Part shown: in pieces, positions 20,217 through 30,011 of the stretch
Layout of the letters: each line of letters starts with the position of its first letter
Numbering within the stretch: position 1 is the stretch's first letter
Assembly (NCBI GenBank): GCA_963555755.3
Contig: OY820905.2
Coordinates: 3,232,001-3,296,000 of the forward strand
Origin: Nitrospirales bacterium
Lineage (GTDB): Bacteria > Nitrospirota > Nitrospiria > Nitrospirales > UBA8639
Length of the DNA stretch: 64,000 nucleotides
Reading direction: 5' to 3'
Notes under the pieces: generated by a model
The model's input: only the letters and a program-made list of their open reading frames with translations
What the model was told of the DNA's origin: nothing
The model's database searches: none
Made by a program: the position numbers and the translations under genes

Positions 20217-21173
20217 ATGTCACCAAGATTAAAGTTTCACGCACTCGCTTCCCTTTCAACATTGATCGTCGGCCTTACATTTGGAGGGACTTTGACTTTT
20301 GCCGAGTCTAATAATGAAAATTCGGTTATGGTGGCTCTTCTCCTACAACAAGGGCAGCTTGATCATCAGATTGGTCAAGTCGAGCAGAGGATCTTGGATG
20401 TTCAACAACGACCGTTCCACTCGGAGACGCCAAACCCTCTGATGGCCCTGCTTATTGACGGCAAGAACAATGGGGATGGGAGCAACCAGGACGATGAGGT
20501 GACCACGCTCGAAGAGTATACGGTGGAGGATACCTATTTGGACCCCTTTGATGAAGGTCTTTCGGAAGTCGTACCGGATCCCTGGGAAGGATTCAATTCC
20601 CCGGTGTTTGATTTTAATCTTAGCTTGGATCGAAATTTCATCCGGCCTGTAGCGCAAGGATATCATGCCATCATGCCTGATGTGGCTGAAGAAGCCCTGG
20701 GGAATGCCTTTTCAAACATCCGCATTATACCGCGCCTGACCCACAATCTGCTTCAGGGCAAGGTCTCTGAGGCCGGCGTGGTCGTCAGCCGGTTTTTGAT
20801 CAATAGCACCATCGGTCTGGCAGGGTTTTTCGATGTGGCCGAAGCGCAGTTTGGTCTCACCGCGCCTGCTGAAGAAGATGCCGGTCAAACGCTGGCCAAG
20901 CTGGGCATGGAATCAGGACCCTACTTGGTGTTGCCATTTTTGCCGCCAACGACGGTTCGAGATGGCATCGGAACGCTTGCAGACTTAGCCCTGGATCCTT
21001 TGAATTACGTGTTGCCGTTTGTGGCTCAGGCTTCTAAACGGGGCAGTGAAACTGTCAATACTCGCGCCCAGAGCCTTGCAACCTTTGAAGGCATCGAAGA
21101 GGGTACGCTAGATTTATATGCGGCGGTCCGTGACGCGTATGGGCAAACTCGCGCCCAAGCCATTCAACACTAA
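20217..21173 (+). CDS. mlaA: MlaA/VacJ family protein with extended N-terminus
   Basis: DPWEGFN, RFLINSTIGLAGFFDVA, EDAGQTL, GPYLVLPFLPPTTVRD. Confidence 0.9.
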   Translation: MSPRLKFHALASLSTLIVGLTFGGTLTFAESNNENSVMVALLLQQGQLDHQIGQVEQRILDVQQRPFHSETPNPLMALLIDGKNNGDGSNQDDEVTTLEEYTVEDTYLDPFDEGLSEVVPDPWEGFNSPVFDFNLSLDRNFIRPVAQGYHAIMPDVAEEALGNAFSNIRIIPRLTHNLLQGKVSEAGVVVSRFLINSTIGLAGFFDVAEAQFGLTAPAEEDAGQTLAKLGMESGPYLVLPFLPPTTVRDGIGTLADLALDPLNYVLPFVAQASKRGSETVNTRAQSLATFEGIEEGTLDLYAAVRDAYGQTRAQAIQH

Positions 21174-21417
21174 CTGGCCGGCTTGATTACGGCTAGGCTT
21201 TCACCCCACATTTTTGTCAAAATGTTCCCCGCCGATCTTCCCTCGTTGTAATTTGACCTCGCTTTTAATTATCTTTAGAAAATCTCATAGGATGCCGGTA
21301 AGGCATTCCTTCAATCATCCAACAATTCTGGTCACTTACGGATTCAACAGCTGACAAAACGCAGTTGCGGGTAGATCATATGTGTCTTTCAGGTCAACTT
21401 TTCTGACAGGGGTGGTC

Positions 21418-22287
21418 ATGAAGAATGCATTTTTCAAGGGTCATGGTTTGGGGAATGACTATATTGCCCTCAACCCGAAGGATTTAAGTTTCAAACTGAC
21501 GCCGAAGAACATTCGGGCCATTTGCGATCGTCATTGGGGTGTGGGCAGTGACGGTATCTTGGCGTTAACGCCATCAAAGAAAGCCGACTTTGGGTTACGG
21601 ATATATAATCCCGATGGCAGTGAAGCCGAGAAATCTGGAAATGGGTTGCGGATTTTCGGGTGCTATCTGTATGCCACCAAGAAGACCAAGCGGCGATCCT
21701 TCAGCGTCGAGACCAAGGGGGGGATGGTGCACCTCGATTTAGAACTTGATCATCGAGGGCAGGTGATCGGGGCGACGGTCGATATGGGGCGGGCGTCATT
21801 TCACCCTCGTGCGTTGCCGTGTACCATCCGTGCTCCGGAGCTCATTCTTCAGCCGATAAAGGCCGTGGGCCGATCCTTACGGTTCACGGGGGTCAGCGTT
21901 GGGAACCCACACTGTGTGGTGTTTAAAGATAAGGGCGGGAAGTGGACCCGTGATGATTTGCTGCGAATGGGTCCGGAGCTCGAACATCATTCGATTTTTC
22001 CCAAGCGCACGAATGTCCAACTCGCCGTACCCACCGGGCCCAAGTCCATCTATATGTTAATTTGGGAGCGGGGGGCTGGGGAAACGCAAGCTTCGGGGTC
22101 TTCGTCGTGTGCGGCGGCGAGTGCCGGTGTGCGGCTGGGACTGATCACAAGCCCCGTGACGGTAAAAGCGCCGGGAGGAAGCCTTTTGATTACCGTGGAC
22201 TCCCAGTACAACCTGACGATGAAAGGCCCCGTGGCTGAGGTCTATCAAGGCCAGCTACACGGAGCATTTTTACAGAGTATGCGTTAG
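21418..22287 (+). CDS. dapF: Diaminopimelate epimerase
   Basis: KGHGLGNDY, YNPDGSEAE.SGNGLR, GNPH, ERGAGET. The catalytic Cys positions read Ser (KSGNG, ASGSS). Confidence 0.9.
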   Translation: MKNAFFKGHGLGNDYIALNPKDLSFKLTPKNIRAICDRHWGVGSDGILALTPSKKADFGLRIYNPDGSEAEKSGNGLRIFGCYLYATKKTKRRSFSVETKGGMVHLDLELDHRGQVIGATVDMGRASFHPRALPCTIRAPELILQPIKAVGRSLRFTGVSVGNPHCVVFKDKGGKWTRDDLLRMGPELEHHSIFPKRTNVQLAVPTGPKSIYMLIWERGAGETQASGSSSCAAASAGVRLGLITSPVTVKAPGGSLLITVDSQYNLTMKGPVAEVYQGQLHGAFLQSMR

Positions 22288-22297
22288 TTTGGCACCA

Positions 22298-22658
22298 AGG
22301 GTCCGTCATGAAATAACCGGTACAATTGGCCGAGACGATTTTGGAGCGAGCCAAGGAGCGAAGAGCGCGCATACCGGGAGTATGGAACTGTTGAAAATTT
22401 CATTCCCATGGCAAATACATGCCCAAGAGGAGACAGCCATCATCAGCTGGAGGGAATGTTCAAAAAAGCACGCCCTGAGTCTTTCCGAAGGGTCTATCCA
22501 GCAAGGCCGCAGCCCTTTTGACGCGGCGGAGCGTACATCGAGTACGTGAGCACGGCAAAATGGCGACCTGCCTACGCGCAGCCGCTTCAGCAGGCATGGA
22601 ACCGCTGGCTTGTCAGCCGTAGCTTTAGCGAAGGCTGGCGGCTTTTTTCAACGTTCCC
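22298..22658. mobile_element. Composite: left arm of MITE family B plus nested family A
   Basis: Near-identical to 27513-27814 including the AGTAT/GGAACTGTTG junction; right arm of B absent. Confidence 0.8.
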
Positions 22659-23317
22659 TAATAGTATTTCTGCTTGAGTACCACTTTCCCCACTGTTCGG
22701 TGCTTTTTCTGGAGGGGAATATCCTGGTAGGTCGGGTTCAAGGAATGAAGAAAATACGTCGTTCCCACTTTTCTGAGTTGTCGGAGTAGCACGGTCTCTG
22801 ATCCGTGTTTAGGAAGTGTGGCGATGACAAATTCATTGGGCCTCGGTTGAATATCAGGATTCACAACAATGATATCACCTTCCTGAAATTCCGGTTCCAT
22901 TTCGTTGCCAGAAACACGAAGGGCAAAATTATTGGTCCCAGGAAGATCGGCTTCTACGTAACCTTGAATAGACTGATGAGGCGGTAACGCTCCACGTTTC
23001 TGAAGTGTTCCCGCCTGTGTGTAGGTCAGAATAGGAACTTTCTTTGAGGTGGAAGTCGGTTGAGAGCTGGTTCTCTTATAAACGGGAACAGTTTCATTGA
23101 CTGTAGGGAACTGGCGGTGTTGCGTACTCAGTATTTTTGACAAGTCTATGCCAAAAAACTGAGCGAACCGTTCCAGCACTTGCAGCTTTTGAGGATAGAC
23201 GTCAGCTAAAATATTGTTAATGGTTCCTTGGGATACGCCAACCCTCGCTGCTAACTCTCTTTGAGTTAGTCCCTCATTTAATTTCGTCCTCACCAATTCT
23301 CGCAGATTCATGGACAC
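22658..23317 (-). CDS. XRE/CI-type HTH regulator with S24 peptidase-like domain
   Basis: GLTQRELAARVGVSQGTI HTH; FALRVSGNEMEPEFQEGDIIVVNP. Confidence 0.88.
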   Translation of the reverse strand: MSMNLRELVRTKLNEGLTQRELAARVGVSQGTINNILADVYPQKLQVLERFAQFFGIDLSKILSTQHRQFPTVNETVPVYKRTSSQPTSTSKKVPILTYTQAGTLQKRGALPPHQSIQGYVEADLPGTNNFALRVSGNEMEPEFQEGDIIVVNPDIQPRPNEFVIATLPKHGSETVLLRQLRKVGTTYFLHSLNPTYQDIPLQKKHRTVGKVVLKQKYY

Positions 23318-23639
23318 GAAGGTACTCCATAAGAAAAAGCTTCACAAACGAAAATCACCATGGTATTATTCATGGTTTTTGTGAGCCCGCCTGATGGGAA
23401 TGGTGAAGGAGAAGTGAGCCCTCATTTAAAGAAATGCAAATTTTGTGGTAATATTTATACGGTAAAAACGGGAATGCTTGTTGACCTAATGAAAATCATA
23501 ATGGTAGTCAATAGGTGTAATATTCGAAATGGGTAGGGTTGTGTGGGGAAACTGTCTAGGAATGATTGCAGGAATTGCTCTCTAGGATGTTGGCACGAAG
23601 GGGAATATTCCCCCATATAAAAAATGGAGAAATTATCCT

Positions 23640-23861
23640 GTGTCTCAGGATGAGACCAAGAGAAACCAACTTGAACGCCAATTACATTTATCCAATGTGC
23701 AGACGTTATTGCTGTTAGATCAAGCAGGTTTACTCAGATCACCCTTGTCTTCTGCACTACGAATGCAATTGTGTTGGGAGTATAGGAACTCGGATGTAGA
23801 AAAGTGTTTACATGAAGATGGGCATTGGAATCATGAATCTTTCAAGTATAAGATTGGTTAG
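23640..23861 (+). CDS. Small hypothetical protein divergent from the repressor
   Basis: ORF with GGAG upstream; no recognisable motif. Confidence 0.3.
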   Translation: MSQDETKRNQLERQLHLSNVQTLLLLDQAGLLRSPLSSALRMQLCWEYRNSDVEKCLHEDGHWNHESFKYKIG

Positions 23862-23906
23862 CTGGCCCCACTCGCATAGAGTCGCACAGAGCCTAAGCCC
23901 CTGGCC

Positions 23907-24947
23907 TTATTTGGGAAATGTAGCAGGTGGCAAAACCTCCCAGCCTTCTCCGTTCAAGGCGTGCAAGAATTCCACTAAATCTTCTTTTTCTTGATTCGAT
24001 AAATTTAATGGCTTGATCACGGGATCAAGGTAAGGATTGGGGGTTCCCCCTTGATCATAAAAGTCGACTACCTGGCGCAAGGTGGCCAATCGGCCATCGT
24101 GCATGTAGGGTGCTGTTCGAGCGATCTCCCGGAGGGTCGGGGTTTTAAACGCGCCAAGATCTTTAGGGTTTTTCGTGACGGCAAAACGCCCGACATCAAT
24201 ATGGTCCATGTCCCAATCCACGCCAAGGTTATGGAACCGTTCATCCGTAAAGTTGAACCCAAAGTGGCAACGGAGGCATTGTCCTTTCCCAACAAAGACG
24301 CGAAATCCATTTTGAGCCTTGGCCGATAAGGCCATTTCGTTACCTCCAATCCCAAATTGATCATAGGCACTATTTCCGGAGAGCAGCGTACGTTGAAAGC
24401 TCGCAATGGCTTTGCCGATCAGCTCTACGGTAATGCCTTCTGGGCCAAAGGCTTGTTCAAAGAGAGGGTGGTATCCGGCGATACCCTTCACCTTCGCCAC
24501 CAGTTCGTCGTGATTGGCAAATCCATGCTCGACCGGGCTGACGAATGGCCCAACCGATTGATCTTCTAAGGTTGCAGCGCGCCCGTCCCAAAACTGGGCA
24601 GAACTGAATGCTCGATTTATCGCCGCTGGCGCACTTCGACCACCTTGCTGTCGGTGAATACCAGTGGACACCGGCTGGCCATCTGTAAAAGCCAAGGCTG
24701 GCATATGGCAACTGGCACAAGCGATCGTATTATTGGCGGACAACCGTTTGTCAAAGAAAAGCAGTTTGCCAAGTTCAACTTTGTCTCTCGTCAAGAGGTT
24801 GTCCTCGGGAAGAACGAGGCTTTCTCTTTCTAATCCCAACGGCAAGGTCAGGTGAAGCTCCATTTGGGCATGAGAGATGGTCATCCCACCAGTCAACATT
24901 CCGACAGTTAGCCCAAGAGCAAGGCTCCATCGCTTCTCCCATGTCAT
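23907..24947 (-). CDS. Di-haem cytochrome c peroxidase (CCP/MauG family)
   Basis: Signal peptide; CASCH and CLRCH; QFWDGRA; FKTPTLR..TAPYMHDG. Confidence 0.93.
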   Translation of the reverse strand: MTWEKRWSLALGLTVGMLTGGMTISHAQMELHLTLPLGLERESLVLPEDNLLTRDKVELGKLLFFDKRLSANNTIACASCHMPALAFTDGQPVSTGIHRQQGGRSAPAAINRAFSSAQFWDGRAATLEDQSVGPFVSPVEHGFANHDELVAKVKGIAGYHPLFEQAFGPEGITVELIGKAIASFQRTLLSGNSAYDQFGIGGNEMALSAKAQNGFRVFVGKGQCLRCHFGFNFTDERFHNLGVDWDMDHIDVGRFAVTKNPKDLGAFKTPTLREIARTAPYMHDGRLATLRQVVDFYDQGGTPNPYLDPVIKPLNLSNQEKEDLVEFLHALNGEGWEVLPPATFPK

Positions 24948-25132
24948 ACTAGACCTCCAAGTAGTGAATCGTGAGCATGCGAATCCACCGACTCCCGGAG
25001 AGAGTCTACGGTGAAACATTTTGGTATGATAATCGAAGGGAAAGCCTTCGGAAAAAAATCATTATCCGAGAAACGACGGTTTTACACTCAACTGCCGTTT
25101 CTAGGATTATACTTCATTGTTCCGTAGGCATG

Positions 25133-26677
25133 CTAGGAGGTAGAGTCATCGAGCACATGATTAATTATTTCGACGAGTGCTTCAATTTGGTAGGGTTTTT
25201 GAATAAACGCCTTGAAGGGGCTCCCGGCAAATTGCCGAACGGCTTCTTCTTCCGAGTAGCCGCTAGAAAGAACCACAGGCACATCCGTTCGGATCTGTTG
25301 TATTTTAGAAAATAATTCTTCGCCATTCATGTGTGGCATCGTCAAATCCAATAATACCGCTCGAATGTCGTGATGGTGCTGACGAAAGAGATCAAGCCCT
25401 GATAGGCCGTCCTGGGCACAGATGACTTGGTATCCTGTGTCTTCCAAAATTAACTGAGCAGCAAGTCGAACGTCATCTTCATCATCGATCACCAATATCG
25501 TCCCTTTCCCCGAGGGGGTTTCTTGGATGTCCGATTGCTGATGGGAGCTACCCTCTATTCCAAGTATACGGGGCAAGATAATCCGAAAGGCTGTTCCCTT
25601 TCCTAATTCACTGGTGACTTTAATCGCTCCACCATGCGACCGAACAATGCCCAGCAGTGCGGCAAGACCGAGACCTCGCCCTGTAAATTTCGTGGTAAAA
25701 AATGGATCGAAAATTTTTTCAAAATTCTCTGAATCAATCCCTATGCCCGTATCAATAACTTCAAAAAATACACAGGTATGATCCTCAAATTCGCCCCGAA
25801 CATGGCAGCCACTCAGATAGTCCTCCGTGACAAACATTTCTCCGGTTCTCAATGAGATAATGCCCATCCGATCGCCAATGGCTTCTGATGCATTGATAAT
25901 CAGGTTCATCACCACCTGACGCATTTGTGCGGGATCAACATTGACCATGGGAAGGTGTGAGGATAAGTCATAGACAAGCGAAATTCTTTTGGAAATAGAC
26001 ACAGCGAGCAAATGTCCCATTTCCTCTACGAGTTTCGAAACATGAATGGCCTGGATCAGCGGTTTGCCTCGTCCTGCATACGTCAGCATTTGATTCGCCA
26101 ACTCGCCTCCGCGAAGTGCAGCTTGCTCGATCTTGAGGAGGTGCTCTCGACCTGGAGACTCAAGCGTCATTTTCTTGGCCGCCAGTCCGGAATGCGCCAC
26201 GATCGTCATCAGAAGGTTATTAAAGTCATGGGCAATGCCTCCGGCTAACACGCCAAGACTTTCGAGTTTTTGCACTTGTTGCATTTGAACCTCGGTCCGT
26301 TTGCGTTCTTCCTCGGCGATTTTTCGAAAGGTGATATCCCGCAACGAGGCCAGGTAGGTGGACTCTTCCTCCCAGACAATTTCCACTATTCGCATTTCCA
26401 CTTGAAGGGTTTCTCCTTTTGGAGTGACGATGTCGATTTCTGTCGTATCTCCCACCAAAAGCGGAAAACAAAACTCTGTTCCCAACAGATCAACCCAGGT
26501 TTTCCCAAAGATGGCTTCGGCAGCAGGATTCACAAATCGAATCGTTCGATCTGATCCCACGATGACCATCCCGTCAACATTTTGTTCAATGAGTAGCTGA
26601 AAGCGTGGATGACTGGGTTTTAACTGCCCAAATGGTTGGAAGGGCGGTTTGGGATATAAAAGTTTGAATCGAGACAT
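25133..26677 (-). CDS. PAS hybrid histidine kinase (CckA-like)
   Basis: LAGGIAHDFNNLL, DPFFTTKFTGRGLGL, C-terminal receiver. Confidence 0.93.
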   Translation of the reverse strand: MSRFKLLYPKPPFQPFGQLKPSHPRFQLLIEQNVDGMVIVGSDRTIRFVNPAAEAIFGKTWVDLLGTEFCFPLLVGDTTEIDIVTPKGETLQVEMRIVEIVWEEESTYLASLRDITFRKIAEEERKRTEVQMQQVQKLESLGVLAGGIAHDFNNLLMTIVAHSGLAAKKMTLESPGREHLLKIEQAALRGGELANQMLTYAGRGKPLIQAIHVSKLVEEMGHLLAVSISKRISLVYDLSSHLPMVNVDPAQMRQVVMNLIINASEAIGDRMGIISLRTGEMFVTEDYLSGCHVRGEFEDHTCVFFEVIDTGIGIDSENFEKIFDPFFTTKFTGRGLGLAALLGIVRSHGGAIKVTSELGKGTAFRIILPRILGIEGSSHQQSDIQETPSGKGTILVIDDEDDVRLAAQLILEDTGYQVICAQDGLSGLDLFRQHHHDIRAVLLDLTMPHMNGEELFSKIQQIRTDVPVVLSSGYSEEEAVRQFAGSPFKAFIQKPYQIEALVEIINHVLDDSTS

Positions 26678-27125
26678 CCAATCTCCTTGGTTAACCTCAC
26701 GATCCCTTCTGGCTTAACATCGTCGTGTTCCAGCTATGAACCAACACACTAGCAAAATGGAAAATTAAGTCAGTGTCCCAGCACGAATGGAAATCGTGAA
26801 CTACGACCCTTCTGCATTCACCATGGCCAGGCCTAAATGGCTTTGGGCATCTCCGCTTCTTTGAGCAAAGACGTGAAATCTCAGACAACAAGCGTAGGGA
26901 AAAAAACGAATGAAATGGTGGAGGCCGACAGCCTAACGAGGCTCTTCGGATAATAGAAAGGTGAGCTGATAGATGCCCATTGACGATACATAAATAATTC
27001 TCGCAAGGGCTTAAAATTAAACGGAAAAATTGAAAATATAAAGGTGTTAACCCTTAGTTAAGATTGTGTATGAACCTTTTGTTCGGCAATGTCAAGACTT
27101 ATCGATAGTACTATGTAAGTATAAT

Positions 27126-28059
27126 CCTAGAAACGGCAGTTGGATCACAAAGGGTCGCGCAAGCTCTTAGGACCTGCGAGAAAATAACTTGATCAATCTC
27201 GCATCCAATTTTCGGGCCATCTTTGAACGGGCCTCAATCGAAAAACCCTCACCATAGCTGTGCTATGCCTCGAGTGTTTCTCAATCGTTTCGTCCAAATC
27301 CGACCCAAATCTTGGCCCGATATTGATCAAGTTATTTTCTCGCAGGTCCTTAGGGCTCGCGCAAGAATAACTTCCCATTTTGGGGTGACGAGACACCTGT
27401 CTGGCAAGGCGCGAGGACTGCGCATACTCTTGGTATGTAAGGGACGAGCAACGCCGCCAGACAGGATGGATCGACGCTCAAAGATGGGAAGTTATTCTTG
27501 CGCGAGCCCTTAGGGTCCGTCACGAAATAACCGGGACAATTGGCCGAGACGATTTTGGAGCGAGCCAAGGAGCGAAGAGCGCGCATACCGGGAGTATGGA
27601 ACTGTTGAAAATTTCATTCCCATGGCAAATAAATGCCCAAGAGGAGACAGCCATCATCAGCTGGAGGAGGGAATGTTCAAAAAAGCATGCCCTGAGTCTT
27701 TCCGAAGGGTCTATCCAGCAAGGCCGCAGCCCTTTTGACGCGCGGAGCGTACTCATAGTACGTGAGCACGGCAAAAGGGGGAGAACGCCGCTGGCGGCTT
27801 TTTTCAACATTCCCAGTATGGAAGCGATGAGCAACGCCGGCGCAGCCCAAAAGCGTCCGGCCCTCCGGGGAGGCCCATCTTTGGCCTGGGGCAGCGTTGC
27901 TCCTCGGTCACAGAGCCCCGCTAGGCTCCATGGTCGCGCCTTGCCCCGATCACAAATCTGGGCCTCCCAATTGTACCGGTTATTTCGTGACGGACCCTTA
28001 GCGCACCTGGCACACCAATTTCTTACACGACTGCTTTGCATCGAACTGCCGTTTCTAGG
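27126..28059. mobile_element. Nested MITE stack: E[ D 27170-27349, C 27353-27509, B 27513-27997 [A 27598-27814] ]
   Basis: Each unit has its own TIRs. TTA separates D, C and B (27167, 27350, 27510, 27998). A is flanked by AGTAT. Confidence 0.9.
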
Positions 28060-28082
28060 ATAATTTTCACTGGCTAGACAAT

Positions 28083-28163
28083 AGTGAGGAGTAAGGGGTA
28101 AGGAAGTTAAATGCAAGGAGTCCTATCTTGCTCCTCATTCCTTACTCCCTCACTCCTTAACTT
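28083..28163. repeat. Heptamer inverted array (agtgagg/agtaagg type)
   Basis: agtgagg agtaagg ggtaagg ... ctcctca ttcctta ctccctc. Confidence 0.7.
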
Positions 28164-28198
28164 CTACGAGGGCCATGGGCACCGGTGAAGGTTTGGGC

Positions 28199-29449
28199 CT
28201 ACCCGTTGGACACCGGAAGGTAGATGGTGAAGGTCGTTCCCCTGTCAGGTTCAGAATCCAAGGAGATACGACCCTTATGTCGTTCGACAATCCGACGGAC
28301 AATAGTGAGCCCCATCCCTTCGCCTCCTCCTGAGGAAGGATTGAGTCGATAAAACATCTGAAAAATTCTTTCCTGATGATCGTGCCGAATGCCAATTCCG
28401 TTATCTTCAACCCCATACCTTGCATACCCGTCCTCTCGAACTCCCGTGATGCGAATCATGCCCTGACGAGTTGAGGAAACATATTTATGCGCATTGTCAA
28501 TCAGATTGAAAAACAGCTGAGTGACCAGAGTGGCGTCACCCGTACAGTTGGGGAGGTCTTCGATTTGCAGGGAGATCCCTTTTTCTTTCAATTGATACTC
28601 CATCCCCATAATGATGCCGGCGATCATGGCATTCATATTCAGTTCTTCAAATTTTAACGTGAGCTGGCCCAGTCTCGAAAAACGCAATAATCCATGCAAG
28701 AGGCTTTCCATTTTCTTTGCCCCTGCTTGGATGTAATGCAACGATTCCGGGATATCCCCCTCAAGGATCGCCATCACCTCCTGTTTATACTCAGGCGCGA
28801 GTTTGTGGGATTCGAGGAGTGTGTGAAGCCGAAGACGGGAATGGGAAAGTTCTTTGTTAAACCCTTGGATATTGATCAAGGGTGATCGAAGGTCATGTGA
28901 CGCAACATTGACAATCGTTTTCAATTCCTGGTTTTGCTCCAATAGGGTGCGATTGAGATCGGCCAGATCAAGTTCGGATTTTTCACGGTGGAGAATACTC
29001 ATCTGTAAGTCGGAATGCGAGTGTTCGAGTTCTATTGTTTTTTCCTGTAAGACCGCGCGTAACGACTGTTCTGTATTTTTTCTTTTTGAAAGGAAGAGCG
29101 CCAGACTCCAAACCATGATCAGGGCCAGAATCCTATTAAAAATATCACTGTGGTCTTCCTGAAAAGCTGGAGAGCCAAAGGCGCCAAGAGTGATCATGAC
29201 CGAACACAAACTTGCCGTGGTGAAAAATCCATAACGTGATGGTACCCACCAAGCCAACAAGATCACGAATACATACAACACCGGAATGGCTATGTTTGTG
29301 GAGAAGGTAAGATCCAGGAGAAGAATGAGGAGGCCAGCGATCACACCAAGAATTGCGCTGAGCCGTGCGTGCTGGGAATTCTGCTGAGAGCCCACAGCAT
29401 GACGAACCAGGGTCCCTTGTGTTGGCCATCCTTTGCCAAACTCATTCAT
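28199..29449 (-). CDS. Membrane sensor histidine kinase (start uncertain)
   Basis: N-terminal TM helices; ASHDLRSPL, NLIDNAHKY, GEGMGL. Confidence 0.9.
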   Translation of the reverse strand: MNEFGKGWPTQGTLVRHAVGSQQNSQHARLSAILGVIAGLLILLLDLTFSTNIAIPVLYVFVILLAWWVPSRYGFFTTASLCSVMITLGAFGSPAFQEDHSDIFNRILALIMVWSLALFLSKRKNTEQSLRAVLQEKTIELEHSHSDLQMSILHREKSELDLADLNRTLLEQNQELKTIVNVASHDLRSPLINIQGFNKELSHSRLRLHTLLESHKLAPEYKQEVMAILEGDIPESLHYIQAGAKKMESLLHGLLRFSRLGQLTLKFEELNMNAMIAGIIMGMEYQLKEKGISLQIEDLPNCTGDATLVTQLFFNLIDNAHKYVSSTRQGMIRITGVREDGYARYGVEDNGIGIRHDHQERIFQMFYRLNPSSGGGEGMGLTIVRRIVERHKGRISLDSEPDRGTTFTIYLPVSNG

Positions 29450-29451
29450 AA

Positions 29452-29591
29452 GGGCACCTCTAAAAACCGTCCTTTTCCGTGATGGCTGCGTCAGCCGCGT
29501 GCTCACATCCTCATGTATTCGCCCATACACTCCGGTTTTCCGCGCGCGGCTTCCTTGCCCTCACATAAATGCCTGGTTTTTAGAGGTGCCC
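29452..29591. mobile_element. MITE family F
   Basis: TIR GGGCACCTCTAAAAACC; other copies at 44322-44462 and (partial) 48596-48680. Confidence 0.85.
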
Positions 29592-29833
29592 ATAAAGAGA
29601 TGTGATGGGGATGAATGGAGTTACGTCTATTGAGGTTCAACCGGAGCCACACTTTGCCTCTGCCAACCGAGGATGTCAAGATATAAGAATGGGTCTGATT
29701 AAAAAATCGTCAGCCGTCAGACAGGAAACGGAAAACATGTTGAAAGACGAGATGCGAACGACGAAATACGAGTGTGCGGAAAAGATCATTTCGTTGTCAG
29801 CATCCAGGGGGCTATGATATTATTCAATTTTGT

Positions 29834-29908
29834 GGGCGATTAGCTCAGTGGGAGAGCGCTTCCCTCACACGGAAGAGGTCACTGGTTCGATACCAGTATC
29901 GCCCACCA
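29834..29908 (+). tRNA. tRNA-Val (anticodon CAC)
   Basis: Acceptor GGGCGAT/ATCGCCC, anticodon arm CTTCC-CTCACAC-GGAAG, GGTTCGA T-loop, encoded CCA. Confidence 0.97.
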
Positions 29909-30011
29909 CGTCACAGATCTCACGCACAAACCTGGCATTCCCTTGCGTTTGAACCTCTTTTCATTTGATTGTCAGGGTCAGGTACGACCTGTTTTCCCAA
30001 GGCTTTCTCTC

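Noticed and set aside
19854..25105. Composite transposon bounded by lone family E ends
   Set aside because: No target duplication seen, and it would enclose housekeeping dapF; more likely independent remnants.
29834..29908. tRNA as integration site of an island
   Set aside because: No integrase, and I saw no duplicated tRNA 3' end in the window.
29933..29946. sigma54 promoter after tRNA-Val
   Set aside because: The TGGC to TTGC spacing is 6 nt, not the required 7.
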